A DNA stretch of 64,000 nt from an uncultured virus (IMG/VR IMGVR_UViG_3300031659_000001) (taxonomy: Duplodnaviria > Heunggongvirae > Uroviricota > Caudoviricetes): IMG/VR virus record IMGVR_UViG_3300031659_000001, one strand, 5' to 3'. The position numbers were made by a program, and so were the translations under genes. This document shows positions 29,464-38,730 of this stretch, in pieces. Under the pieces are notes generated by a model that did not search any database, had not been told where the DNA came from, and saw only the letters and a program-made list of their open reading frames with translations. Positions within the stretch are counted from its first letter, which is position 1. Each line of letters begins with the position of its first letter.

Positions 29464-29674
29464 TGGGCGCAATTATTCCGCCTCGCCGCCACCAGCGTAT
29501 GAACAAGTGGTGCCCACACCGAAACCCGTCGTTCAACACAAATCGTTGAAATGTGCGGCTGTCAAGAAAGACGGGACACCGTGTAAAAATTGGCACATGA
29601 TTGATGGCCTATTTTGTAATGCTCACCGCCGAAACAGTCAAAAGTGAAATAAACCCAGCCCCTATCGGTAAAAC

Positions 29675-30385
29675 ATGACGGGGAGGCGTGTGCGTAGAAA
29701 CTGCTCTTTTTGTCAGCATGAATCAAGAGATCGATACGAAGAACAAATCCGTATTGGATTGCTTGAGGTATTTGAATTGGATTTGAACCAAGACTGGGCG
29801 GAGGGAACAGCACACCGCCACATGAGGCGTCATTCCGGTGAGTATCATAATAATAGCAATACAGAATGTCCTGTATGCACACACCCCGAAAGAGCCAACC
29901 TTGAAGCGGCAATTCTCAACGGTCTTGTTGGAATGGCCGATATGGCGACGGATTTGGATGTCACCGAAACGGCTCTCGCCCAACATATCGAACATCACAC
30001 TCAACCCGTAATACAAAGACAAGTGAATATGGAGGTATTGCCAGCCGCCATCGAAACCGCACACACCGCTATGGCACAGACGGAACGAAACCTCCAACGC
30101 CTTAACGGCTTATTCAACGACCACTTGGATCTGATGCAAGAGGAACGGCAGGAAACAGGAACTCTTGATTACAAGGGTCTTGACACCGCAGTGAAATTAC
30201 ATCGTGAAGTTCGTGACACTTTAACCGACATTAGCGAATACCTAATTAAAGCCGAATCACTCGGCTCTAACGAGCAGGTGAGTGTCTTGACAGTTATACA
30301 GGCCCACTTCTCCGAAAAGTCACCGGAAGAGTGGCGAGTTATGCGTAAAGCATTAGCCGATGCGGGGGTTCTTGAAGATGGTTGA
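29675..30385 (+). CDS. Tandem Zn/HTH repeat protein; possible terminase small subunit
   Basis: Two repeats of CxxCxH..R...H...H followed by helices; lies upstream of the head module. Confidence 0.5.
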   Translation: MTGRRVRRNCSFCQHESRDRYEEQIRIGLLEVFELDLNQDWAEGTAHRHMRRHSGEYHNNSNTECPVCTHPERANLEAAILNGLVGMADMATDLDVTETALAQHIEHHTQPVIQRQVNMEVLPAAIETAHTAMAQTERNLQRLNGLFNDHLDLMQEERQETGTLDYKGLDTAVKLHREVRDTLTDISEYLIKAESLGSNEQVSVLTVIQAHFSEKSPEEWRVMRKALADAGVLEDG

Positions 30386-30938
30386 AGCGAGATTTATTGG
30401 AGAGCCTGTCGAGTGTCCCGAATGTGGAAATCCACATGGCGGCATGATAAGAGAAGAAGAAGGTCATGTTAATTTCGTTTGTAATAAATGCGGTTACATG
30501 GAACGAGAAGAGGATTTCAAACCTGTCGTGAAAAAGGCCGCTTGTGCTACAATGAATTGTGAAGACAAATGCGACAAGAAAGATTGGTCTTACTGTGGAC
30601 AAGGTAATTGTTCCTCATGTGGTGGTGGGTGCGGTGATGATAATTGCTCAAAGTGCAACCGCCGTCCGAAATGGGGTTCTAAGAAAGCATCCACTGACCG
30701 AGCGTTCAGCGCAGGTTGGTCTGTGGTGAAATCAAAATCACCAAGGTCTTGCCCCATGTGCCTATCCGAAGAGTTGGAAATAGATACAAAAGAAGATAAC
30801 TTACAGGAAATAGCAGAAAAAGGAGGTCGGTTTCAAGGTATGAGCGATCAGGAATTGAAGCGTGAGAGGGAAAAAACAAAGCAAGGCCCTAATTATTGGG
30901 GATATTGCTTAAACTGTGACGAAGATATGGAGGGATGA
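30378..30938 (+). CDS. Cys-rich multi-Zn-finger protein with internal tag
   Basis: Many CxxC motifs; DRAFSAGWSVVK. Confidence 0.65.
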   Translation: MVEARFIGEPVECPECGNPHGGMIREEEGHVNFVCNKCGYMEREEDFKPVVKKAACATMNCEDKCDKKDWSYCGQGNCSSCGGGCGDDNCSKCNRRPKWGSKKASTDRAFSAGWSVVKSKSPRSCPMCLSEELEIDTKEDNLQEIAEKGGRFQGMSDQELKREREKTKQGPNYWGYCLNCDEDMEG

Positions 30939-30944
30939 TTGAAA

Positions 30945-31367
30945 ATGGATGAACGAGGGTATCAAACCATTCCAGCCTTGATGTTAAAGCATACAGAATA
31001 TGCCGACTACCTTCACGGCGATAACAACATTTACACCATGCTTGAGGCACTACAAATGTGTGATGCACTCGAAGAAGTCATTTCCGTTTGGAAAGTAGGA
31101 CTCGACGCATTCGGCCTTACATCTCAAGAGGATTGCTCAAGTGAAGCCATCGGGTCAGTTATGCTAATCCGCATGGCATACCACGATTTGAAAAACGCAC
31201 TACCCGAAGTTCCCCGTGAAGAAGCCGACGAACTCCTTCGCTCACTCTCCAAAGCATTCTTGCCAATGGCAAGATCTTATGCTAAAACACCAATGCTCGC
31301 TCATTGGTATATTGAACTACCACTACGAGTGGCTGAAACATACAACCGACTACGGGGGCAACGATAA
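30945..31367 (+). CDS. Hypothetical protein
   Basis: About 140 aa helical ORF in operon context. Confidence 0.65.
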   Translation: MDERGYQTIPALMLKHTEYADYLHGDNNIYTMLEALQMCDALEEVISVWKVGLDAFGLTSQEDCSSEAIGSVMLIRMAYHDLKNALPEVPREEADELLRSLSKAFLPMARSYAKTPMLAHWYIELPLRVAETYNRLRGQR

Positions 31368-31672
31368 TGGCAAAGAAAGACAAAATAGGACTATGCAACG
31401 ACTGTGATAAACAAATGGTTCGCACTGACGATACATGGGTGAGATGCCCCGATTCGGAATGCGGCTATCAAGATGTTCAGCCGCACCCGGATAGGGTTGA
31501 AAAGGCGTTCAGCGTCGGCTGGTCTGTGATTAAAGAAGAAGGAAAAAAATGTGGCGGAAAAGTAACAACCCCGCCATATTCGGGCTACGATACTACTGCA
31601 TCGTGTAAAAAATGCGGCAGATCTCCGGGGTTAGCGTGGAAATCCGGGACACCGTGCCCATGGAAGGTGTGA
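31367..31672 (+). CDS. Zn-finger protein with internal tag
   Basis: CNDC...CPDSEC; EKAFSVGWSVIK; CKKC. Confidence 0.65.
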   Translation: MAKKDKIGLCNDCDKQMVRTDDTWVRCPDSECGYQDVQPHPDRVEKAFSVGWSVIKEEGKKCGGKVTTPPYSGYDTTASCKKCGRSPGLAWKSGTPCPWKV

Positions 31673-31677
31673 TACAT

Positions 31678-32004
31678 ATGGCCGAACCAACGAAAACCTT
31701 TGACATGGGATGTCCACATATGAGAATGGGTGAAGAACCGTGTATAGCATGTGGCGGCAAGCGTGAATCTAATACAAAAGACCCTGCTAAAAAAGTCGCC
31801 AAATCTCTTGGCCGAGCATTCAGCACAGGCTGGTCTATCGTCAAAAACAATCCACACCTACCCAAAGAAGGTTCACTCGACGGAGTTCTTTCATCGTCGG
31901 GGCGACCCGATGTCGTCCCATCAAACAATGCTGGGATGCCGAGAGATCCAGATTTATTAGAACGACTCAAGAGAATGCAAGCCGCTAAAGAAGCAAAACG
32001 ATAA
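31678..32004 (+). CDS. Small protein with internal tag
   Basis: CPH...CIAC; GRAFSTGWSIVK. Confidence 0.6.
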   Translation: MAEPTKTFDMGCPHMRMGEEPCIACGGKRESNTKDPAKKVAKSLGRAFSTGWSIVKNNPHLPKEGSLDGVLSSSGRPDVVPSNNAGMPRDPDLLERLKRMQAAKEAKR

Positions 32005-32016
32005 CCCATATAGTGA

Positions 32017-33690
32017 GTGATTGAAATGCCCCCGCAAGCCCCCAACCTTAACCCCAATGATACATCCATACGGGTTCAAGAGTTCACAGGAGGGCATAAT
32101 CCCCGTGAGATGATGGGCGATTACGATGTGAACCCAAATGAAAATGCTGACGGTTTGTCGCATATCAGCCAATTTGGTGCGGCTTCACATGAAACAAGAG
32201 AACAGATGGATCCGGCGACACGCCGCAAAAAAGCACTCAAAGAGATGGAGGGCGACCTCCCACACATTTCAATCCATGCGGAGGAAATGGCCGAAACACT
32301 AAATGACACACCTATGGTGAACGGTGAAAGCGAATTGCTTGAATCGGCTATGGGTGTTGATATGGGCCATCGAAACGGTATGGGTATTTCAGCCGGTGCC
32401 AGCGTTGGTTCTGTTCGGCGTGAAGGGCCGGGAATGGTATTCGGTCGTAGCAACGACGCATTTGAAGACGCTTGGTCGTTGGTGAAGAACGATGGAGACA
32501 AAGACCTCCCAACAAGAGAAGAGATGATTGCCGACATGGAACAAATGTCGGCTGATCAGATGGACGACCAATGGGCGGTAGATATGACCGACGAAGAAAG
32601 AAAAACTTCTCAAGGCTACATGCTTCACGACTTAATTGAATTAGGGGACGCTGGTATGATGGGGCCAAGATCAACGGGTTTCGCATCCGGGGCTGACATA
32701 AAACCACATCAAGCCTTAGAAGCCCAACAAAAAATCAAAGAACAAATACCTCACCCGCTTGGTGGTTGGCCCGAAGATTCATTCAAATGGTTCGCACCTA
32801 CCCCGGTTGGCGAACTACCGGAGGATTGGAACAAAGACATCCAAGCATCATCCGACACCGTATTCATTTCCGATATTACAAAATCAAAGCGAAAGAAAAA
32901 GGGGCGTAAGTATGAAGAGGATGAAGAATCCGAAGAGGATGAAAAGAAGTCTAAAAAGAAGCATAAGCGAGAGCGAAGGCGCAAGGCCAAAAAAGGCAAG
33001 CAAGAAGCAAGCCGTCAGCCAAAAAGCAAGACCTCCCGCCGTGCCGCTTCGACTGAACAGAACCTCACTCGCCATACTAAGCGTCAAGCCTTTGCACCTC
33101 GCCGTATGTTTAGTGGCAACCCACGGGCAAAGGATATGCCTTTGCGTCTTCGTGATCCTGTTGCTTACCAGCGCAAATTAGCCTCCGAGAAGTTCCGCCG
33201 TGAAATGGGGTCACTCCCTACTGGAATGTCGGCACACGCTGACACCCGTGGTATCACTGGCGAAAAGGTGCAAACTATCGGTATGAGTGGGCGAGGAACC
33301 CGTATGGGTTCACAGCCTTCATCCAGCAAAGGCACATCATTCAAAAAACCAAAGAACGCTGACCGAGAAGGGTCACTAATACACGACCCTCTTAGTGGGG
33401 ACGCTTTGAAAATGGAGAAGGGTGCCAAACTTGGCCTCCGAGGAACTGACATCAGTGGCTTCAAATTAAACGAACTCCAAAAACTAAAACAGCAATTGAC
33501 TAAACTCCTTACCGCCGTAGAAAAATTAACAAAGGCAACACCCGAACATGACGCTGACGCTAAGAGAGGAAGTCAAGCAAGTGAGGAAAGAAACAGTGCC
33601 CCAACCGGCCCGACCGAGAACCTCAAAGGGTGGAAGTTTGAAGACACCACGCTAATGCCGGTCGCATTTGCGGGGGCCAGCAAGCGATGA
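32017..33690 (+). CDS. Hypothetical protein with internal tag and K/R-rich region (probable virion protein)
   Basis: NDAFEDAWSLVK; highly basic segment. Confidence 0.75.
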   Translation: MIEMPPQAPNLNPNDTSIRVQEFTGGHNPREMMGDYDVNPNENADGLSHISQFGAASHETREQMDPATRRKKALKEMEGDLPHISIHAEEMAETLNDTPMVNGESELLESAMGVDMGHRNGMGISAGASVGSVRREGPGMVFGRSNDAFEDAWSLVKNDGDKDLPTREEMIADMEQMSADQMDDQWAVDMTDEERKTSQGYMLHDLIELGDAGMMGPRSTGFASGADIKPHQALEAQQKIKEQIPHPLGGWPEDSFKWFAPTPVGELPEDWNKDIQASSDTVFISDITKSKRKKKGRKYEEDEESEEDEKKSKKKHKRERRRKAKKGKQEASRQPKSKTSRRAASTEQNLTRHTKRQAFAPRRMFSGNPRAKDMPLRLRDPVAYQRKLASEKFRREMGSLPTGMSAHADTRGITGEKVQTIGMSGRGTRMGSQPSSSKGTSFKKPKNADREGSLIHDPLSGDALKMEKGAKLGLRGTDISGFKLNELQKLKQQLTKLLTAVEKLTKATPEHDADAKRGSQASEERNSAPTGPTENLKGWKFEDTTLMPVAFAGASKR

Positions 33691-35729
33691 CATTACTACG
33701 CACACCATGGGCCATTCTTGACCGATGCACTATCATTAACAAGGGTATGGGGTTCTATGACTTCGATGCACTCATTAACGGGTTGATTGGACAAATAGGT
33801 GAAGACGGCAAATTGACAGCCTACCCAATGCCTATGGGTGATATTACCGGCGACCACTTAACTGGTGTAGAAGCCGATGCTGTCTATGAAGCAATATACA
33901 ATGCTGACCCATCAGATCCAAGTCACTTAACAATTCAAGAAGCCGCAATTATTCAAGCGGGGCCGCAGGGCGACGAAGACACATACAAAGCCACACTCCA
34001 AAAAGCAATCAATATCGGTAGCAAGCACATAAACCACGCTGTTGAAGTTCAAAACCACCTTTGGGCGCAAAAACGAGATGAAGCAGGTATGACAGGAAAA
34101 GGGCTTGACAAAATCCCCGACGACATTCCTCTACCGTTCAGCACGGATTTAGGGCGTTCTGTCTTGACACAGCAGTGGCGAGAAGGTGTTTGGGGGCCAC
34201 AGAAAAAAGAAACCCCTTGGCAATTTGACGCACACGGTGTTCCTAAATTGCGTGTAGGAAACCGTGATCAAGAGAACCTAATGAACGAGTCATGGAATCG
34301 CCCATACCAAGAAGGACTCAAGTGGGTGCGTGAGCAACAAGGCCATAAGGGCAACACCAGCGAATCAATCAAAGCCGACAAGGTGCGCCCAAACGGGGTA
34401 TATATCAATCACGAAGCACAGAAACACAGTATTGCTATGGTGAATGAATTAGCCCGTCATGCTCAAAATAACGGGCAGGAATTAACACCCGAAATGGTTC
34501 AAGAAGCATGGCTTCGACACCCTGTGTTGAGTAATTACGCACCTCAAAACAAAACGAACATTCAGCACCTTTACGGAATCCGACAAAGAGAATCCATCCA
34601 ATCTAATGAAACACCGGGCATCGTTGCCGATGCGGCACCGGATTTGGCACAGCAAGCGATTGAGGGACAACAGCAAGAAGCAAATGTTATGCCTCAATCA
34701 CCAACAGATGCTTACAGCACATGGTTTGAAGACGGATTCAAAAACGAAAAGGGAACAGACCTTTACAACGGGGCAAGAACTACAAAGAGGCATTACTTAC
34801 CTAAACTCCATGAATACTTAGGTAAGAAGTATAACATGACTGACCTCCCTCCAATGGAACATTTGATGGGTCAAGGTTCCGGTGGCTCGGCGGCGGATCG
34901 CCTCATTAGCGGTTTCATCAGCCACCTTCAATCGAACCATCCGGGTATTCAGCCTCCGCAAAATAGAATGCAACCCCAAGCACAGCAACCTCAACCAAAC
35001 GAAGGACAAACCCAACCTCAACCAAGAAACGACTTACAAGGGCAAATGGAGGCTCAAGCCCAACGGAGAGCCGAAGCCCGTGGAGCGAATCGCCCAAATC
35101 CGCCCAACACTCGGTCAGCCCCAGTAATACCACCAGCACCGGCACCCTCACCGCCAATGCAACAGGCACAGCCTCCTGCCCCGCCAGTCATTCAACAGCA
35201 ACCACCAGCACCACCAGTTCCTCGCCAAGCACCAGCACCGCCAGTGCGATTACAACAGCCAGCACCACCAGCACCCGTGGGTCAAATACCCCCAAACATT
35301 CCACCCGAACAATCTCCTGCTCGCCTAAACCCTTTTCAAGCGCAACCTGCTGGGCCTAATCGGCAGGACGGCCCGCCACGGTTTAGAGAAGGATGGAGAG
35401 GAATGGCTGATAAACTTGCATACATGACCGGAAAAGGTGCGGGACATGCTGGAAATGTCTTCGGAAAAGAAGAAATCGAGTCCATGCTCGAAACCGTCCA
35501 ATGTCAATTAGCACTGCAAGATGAAACCATCGCAAAGGCAGTTCCTCATACCCCTATGATTCAATCCAACGCAATAGACCTTGCCATGATGGCAGGTCAA
35601 ATACAACGACCCGTTTCCGATGTCGTCGCTATCCTCAACAGCAGGGGCGACTGGCGTGAGATGTCCAAATCAATGGACATCCCGTTGGATTGCATACAAT
35701 TAGTGAAGGTGATTTTTAATGGTAAGTAG
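33687..35729 (+). CDS. Pro/Gln-rich hypothetical protein
   Basis: 680-aa ORF with PAPP repeats. Confidence 0.75.
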   Translation: MTLLRTPWAILDRCTIINKGMGFYDFDALINGLIGQIGEDGKLTAYPMPMGDITGDHLTGVEADAVYEAIYNADPSDPSHLTIQEAAIIQAGPQGDEDTYKATLQKAINIGSKHINHAVEVQNHLWAQKRDEAGMTGKGLDKIPDDIPLPFSTDLGRSVLTQQWREGVWGPQKKETPWQFDAHGVPKLRVGNRDQENLMNESWNRPYQEGLKWVREQQGHKGNTSESIKADKVRPNGVYINHEAQKHSIAMVNELARHAQNNGQELTPEMVQEAWLRHPVLSNYAPQNKTNIQHLYGIRQRESIQSNETPGIVADAAPDLAQQAIEGQQQEANVMPQSPTDAYSTWFEDGFKNEKGTDLYNGARTTKRHYLPKLHEYLGKKYNMTDLPPMEHLMGQGSGGSAADRLISGFISHLQSNHPGIQPPQNRMQPQAQQPQPNEGQTQPQPRNDLQGQMEAQAQRRAEARGANRPNPPNTRSAPVIPPAPAPSPPMQQAQPPAPPVIQQQPPAPPVPRQAPAPPVRLQQPAPPAPVGQIPPNIPPEQSPARLNPFQAQPAGPNRQDGPPRFREGWRGMADKLAYMTGKGAGHAGNVFGKEEIESMLETVQCQLALQDETIAKAVPHTPMIQSNAIDLAMMAGQIQRPVSDVVAILNSRGDWREMSKSMDIPLDCIQLVKVIFNGK

Positions 35730-36654
35730 AAGAGAGTTTAGTGCAGATCGAATGGCGAGAGCAAGAATGATTGCTGAACGAGAGGCTTTTCAAAAAGGAG
35801 CAAGGATGGACAAGGTTGGCAACGCCATTACATCCACTGCCGCCGCCATAGCAAATACTCCCGGTGCTGTTGCTGGTGCCGCATCAAAAGTCAAAAACAC
35901 AGTAAGCGATAAAATGGCCGGAGGTCAAGCCAAAAGGGCATTCAATAACGCAGAACCTTCCGCCCAAGCCGCAATAGGTGGTTCAGCAAATCAATACGCT
36001 AATGATCAAGTAAGAAACCTCCAATCCGAAAGAGGAAGGGAGCAACAGACGGCTCTCACACAAGGAAACGCACCAACCCTCACCCCACCAGTTCCCGCAC
36101 CAGCAGGGCCAGCCGCCGTCCCACTCCCAGCCGCCGCCGCACCAGCAGGGCCAGCCGCCGTCCCACTCCCAGCCGCCGCCGCACCAGCAGGGCCAGCCGC
36201 CGTCCCACTCCCAGCCGCCGCCGCACCAGCCGCCGCCGCACCAGCAGGGCCAGCCGCACCAGCCGCCGCACCAGCCGCCGCCGCACCAGCCGCCGCCGCA
36301 CCAAACAAAATGCAAGAAGCGGCCCAAACTATGGCCTTTGGTGCTGACGCTCAAGCATTACAAGCAGGAAAAGGCGGCGACAAACAGTCTTGGATGAAGA
36401 ATCGATCTGGTATGGGTAAGTTCGCTGATGTTATGACAGGCGGTTTAACAGCCGGTATGGGTTCCACAGGAATGGGTGCCCGCAACAAAGCAAACACAGC
36501 CGCCACAGCACAGACTGACCGCTTCAATCAAGCAAATACAAACATGGGAATGCGTGCGGCTGGTGGACAACCAACAAACATGAAGTTCGCTTCGGCTGAA
36601 CGCATTCACGATTCTATCGGACATATTATGCTCCGCAAGCAAATGCAAAGGTGA
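35719..36654 (+). CDS. Ala/Pro-rich hypothetical protein
   Basis: 311 aa; PAGPAAVPLPAAAA repeats. Confidence 0.7.
   Translation: MVSRREFSADRMARARMIAEREAFQKGARMDKVGNAITSTAAAIANTPGAVAGAASKVKNTVSDKMAGGQAKRAFNNAEPSAQAAIGGSANQYANDQVRNLQSERGREQQTALTQGNAPTLTPPVPAPAGPAAVPLPAAAAPAGPAAVPLPAAAAPAGPAAVPLPAAAAPAAAAPAGPAAPAAAPAAAAPAAAAPNKMQEAAQTMAFGADAQALQAGKGGDKQSWMKNRSGMGKFADVMTGGLTAGMGSTGMGARNKANTAATAQTDRFNQANTNMGMRAAGGQPTNMKFASAERIHDSIGHIMLRKQMQR
36097..36303 (+). repeat. Coding tandem repeat: 3 x 42 bp plus shorter GCACCAGCCGCCGCC-type units
   Basis: GCACCAGCAGGGCCAGCCGCCGTCCCACTCCCAGCCGCCGCC at 36097, 36139 and 36181. Confidence 0.9.
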
Positions 36655-36660
36655 TTTCAA

Positions 36661-38724
36661 ATGGACAGATACGACGACATGTTACTCAAAGCCCGTGCTG
36701 AAATGATTGGCAAGGAACCACTACGAAAGGCACCAAAGAATGATGATATGTTTTCAATGGTATGGGAACATGTTATCAAGGCACCACCTCAATTATCCGC
36801 CGAAGAGATGGAAGCCTTTAACAGCCACCGACAATTCTATGCCGACCAAGATGAAAAGAAGCGTGTAGATTCTATGGCACAGGAAGCAACACCTCAAGGT
36901 GGCGACACGGCTGAATCTATTACCGGCGGAATGTTTGGTGATCCAACACAAGGCTCCACTACATTTGGACAAGAACGACCACCTGCTCAAGCCCCACCAA
37001 AGGGCATGGGTGCGAACTTCAAAGCAGGACAACAAGAAACCCGTGACCCGAATAAGAAAGGGATGATGGGTCGATTTATGGATAAGTTCAAGCGAAACCC
37101 AAAGCCGCAAGCCGGTTCTGTGGAAGAAGCACAGGCTACACCACCGGGACTTCAACCGGAAACTACCGAAGAACCACCAATGGTTTCATGGAACAATACC
37201 CCAGTAGCAAATATGAGTCCCACTTACAAACGATGGCAACAGGATAGGAACACCGAACCCGGCCAAGACTTCCCTTCACGGGAATACATACGGGGTCGTG
37301 GCACACAAGAAGATCTTGAACAGTGGGACAAGTGGGATGCACAACAAAACCCAGCAGTGGAGGCCGCACAGGGCGCACCACCCAGTCTTCAACCTACCGA
37401 TGACGGAATGGACATGAACAGCAGTGGTTCAGCCGATGCTGGCTTTGAAGCCATGGGAGAACAACCCGATGACGGCTTCTATGACCGAATGGTCGGAGAA
37501 GAGGGGTCACAGCAAACTCAAGCAAACCCACCGAGATATGGTGATCCAAAACCGGGAGACTTCGGAACCGAAATCTCCGAATGGGGTCGAGATGTGACAC
37601 CCGGCCAAAACCGAGTGTATGAAAATTGGGATTATGAGAATAATAAGTGGAAGCCAAATGCGGGTAACAAACAATCTCAAGCCCCCGATGCCGAGTTCGA
37701 GGAAATACCCGAAACCAAACCACTACCAACAGGTGGTAAAGGCGTAAAGGGACTTCTTGGTGACAATTCACCACCAATTGCCAGCGAAGATAGGCAATTG
37801 CCGCAGTATGCGAATGATGAACAAAACTGGACAGGAGATTTGGTCGGCCCCGAAAGAGGAAAGCGCATGGGCTTCAATGAAGTCAATGATCGTAACGATG
37901 ACGACAAGGGCAAGCAAGGGCCGGGTGGTCGAAGTCAAAGTGGACGCTTGAACGAGAAGAACCGCCGTGAAAAGGCCGTTGCTGATAGAAGCGTCGATCC
38001 AACCGAAGCCAAGAAGGAACCTCCAAAAGAAAAGAAGGCAACACCAGCCGCAAAGGCATTAGCCGCCGTGGATGAGAAGAAACCAGCCGCAAAGGCCGCA
38101 AAGGCCGCTAAGAAGGCAACACCAGCCGCAAAGGCCGCTAAGAAGGTATCACCCGCAAAAGCCGTGGCTAATACCCCAAAAGGCAAAGAAGCCACCAAAC
38201 CGGATTTACTTGAACAATTGATGAACAAGCCGGACACACAACCACCAATGACAAGAGGGACTCACAAGCCACCATCTAAGAAGCAAGCAACACCCGCTAA
38301 GGCCGCAAAGGAAGTCAAACTCACTCCAAAAACAAAAGCAAAGGCAGTGAAGACTACTGCCACCAAGCGTGCAGGGCAAACGGGTGGTAAGAATGTTTTT
38401 CAAGAAAGAGCCAATAAACAGCCAGCAAGGATAAGACCAAAGAATCCAAAGAAAGTCCCATTAGCCCCTGCAAGCACGGCGGCGGCTGAAACCCGCAGTA
38501 ATGCAAGGGCCGAGTCAAAAAAAAACGAAACAATGAGTGACGGCCCAGCCAAAACTTACGACAAATATATTTCCGGTTCATCCAGCAAGGATTATGTGAG
38601 TGAGGTAGTCGAGGCCGCACGAAGTGGCAACGCTTCGGCCATATCAAGACTAAAGAACGATAGTGGCGATTTAATCGACCACCACGGCATGAGCGAAGAC
38701 GAACTAAATGAGATAACGGGTTGA
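36661..38724 (+). CDS. Large low-complexity protein with tag and Lys/Ala-rich (histone H1-like) region
   Basis: DMFSMVWEHVIK; KKATPAAKAAKK repeats. Confidence 0.75.
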   Translation: MDRYDDMLLKARAEMIGKEPLRKAPKNDDMFSMVWEHVIKAPPQLSAEEMEAFNSHRQFYADQDEKKRVDSMAQEATPQGGDTAESITGGMFGDPTQGSTTFGQERPPAQAPPKGMGANFKAGQQETRDPNKKGMMGRFMDKFKRNPKPQAGSVEEAQATPPGLQPETTEEPPMVSWNNTPVANMSPTYKRWQQDRNTEPGQDFPSREYIRGRGTQEDLEQWDKWDAQQNPAVEAAQGAPPSLQPTDDGMDMNSSGSADAGFEAMGEQPDDGFYDRMVGEEGSQQTQANPPRYGDPKPGDFGTEISEWGRDVTPGQNRVYENWDYENNKWKPNAGNKQSQAPDAEFEEIPETKPLPTGGKGVKGLLGDNSPPIASEDRQLPQYANDEQNWTGDLVGPERGKRMGFNEVNDRNDDDKGKQGPGGRSQSGRLNEKNRREKAVADRSVDPTEAKKEPPKEKKATPAAKALAAVDEKKPAAKAAKAAKKATPAAKAAKKVSPAKAVANTPKGKEATKPDLLEQLMNKPDTQPPMTRGTHKPPSKKQATPAKAAKEVKLTPKTKAKAVKTTATKRAGQTGGKNVFQERANKQPARIRPKNPKKVPLAPASTAAAETRSNARAESKKNETMSDGPAKTYDKYISGSSSKDYVSEVVEAARSGNASAISRLKNDSGDLIDHHGMSEDELNEITG

Positions 38725-38730
38725 TGCTTA

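Noticed and set aside
29480..29502. PPAY (PPxY late-domain-like) in the +1 frame
   Set aside because: A four-residue match is easily chance, and the Nedd4/WW machinery it needs is not established for this host group.
36097..36303. 42-bp repeat as CRISPR
   Set aside because: Head-to-tail units with no spacers, in frame within a gene.
35983..36354. Antisense ORFs with WCGGG, AAAG or VRRRL repeats
   Set aside because: Shadows of the plus-strand Ala/Pro tandem repeat.
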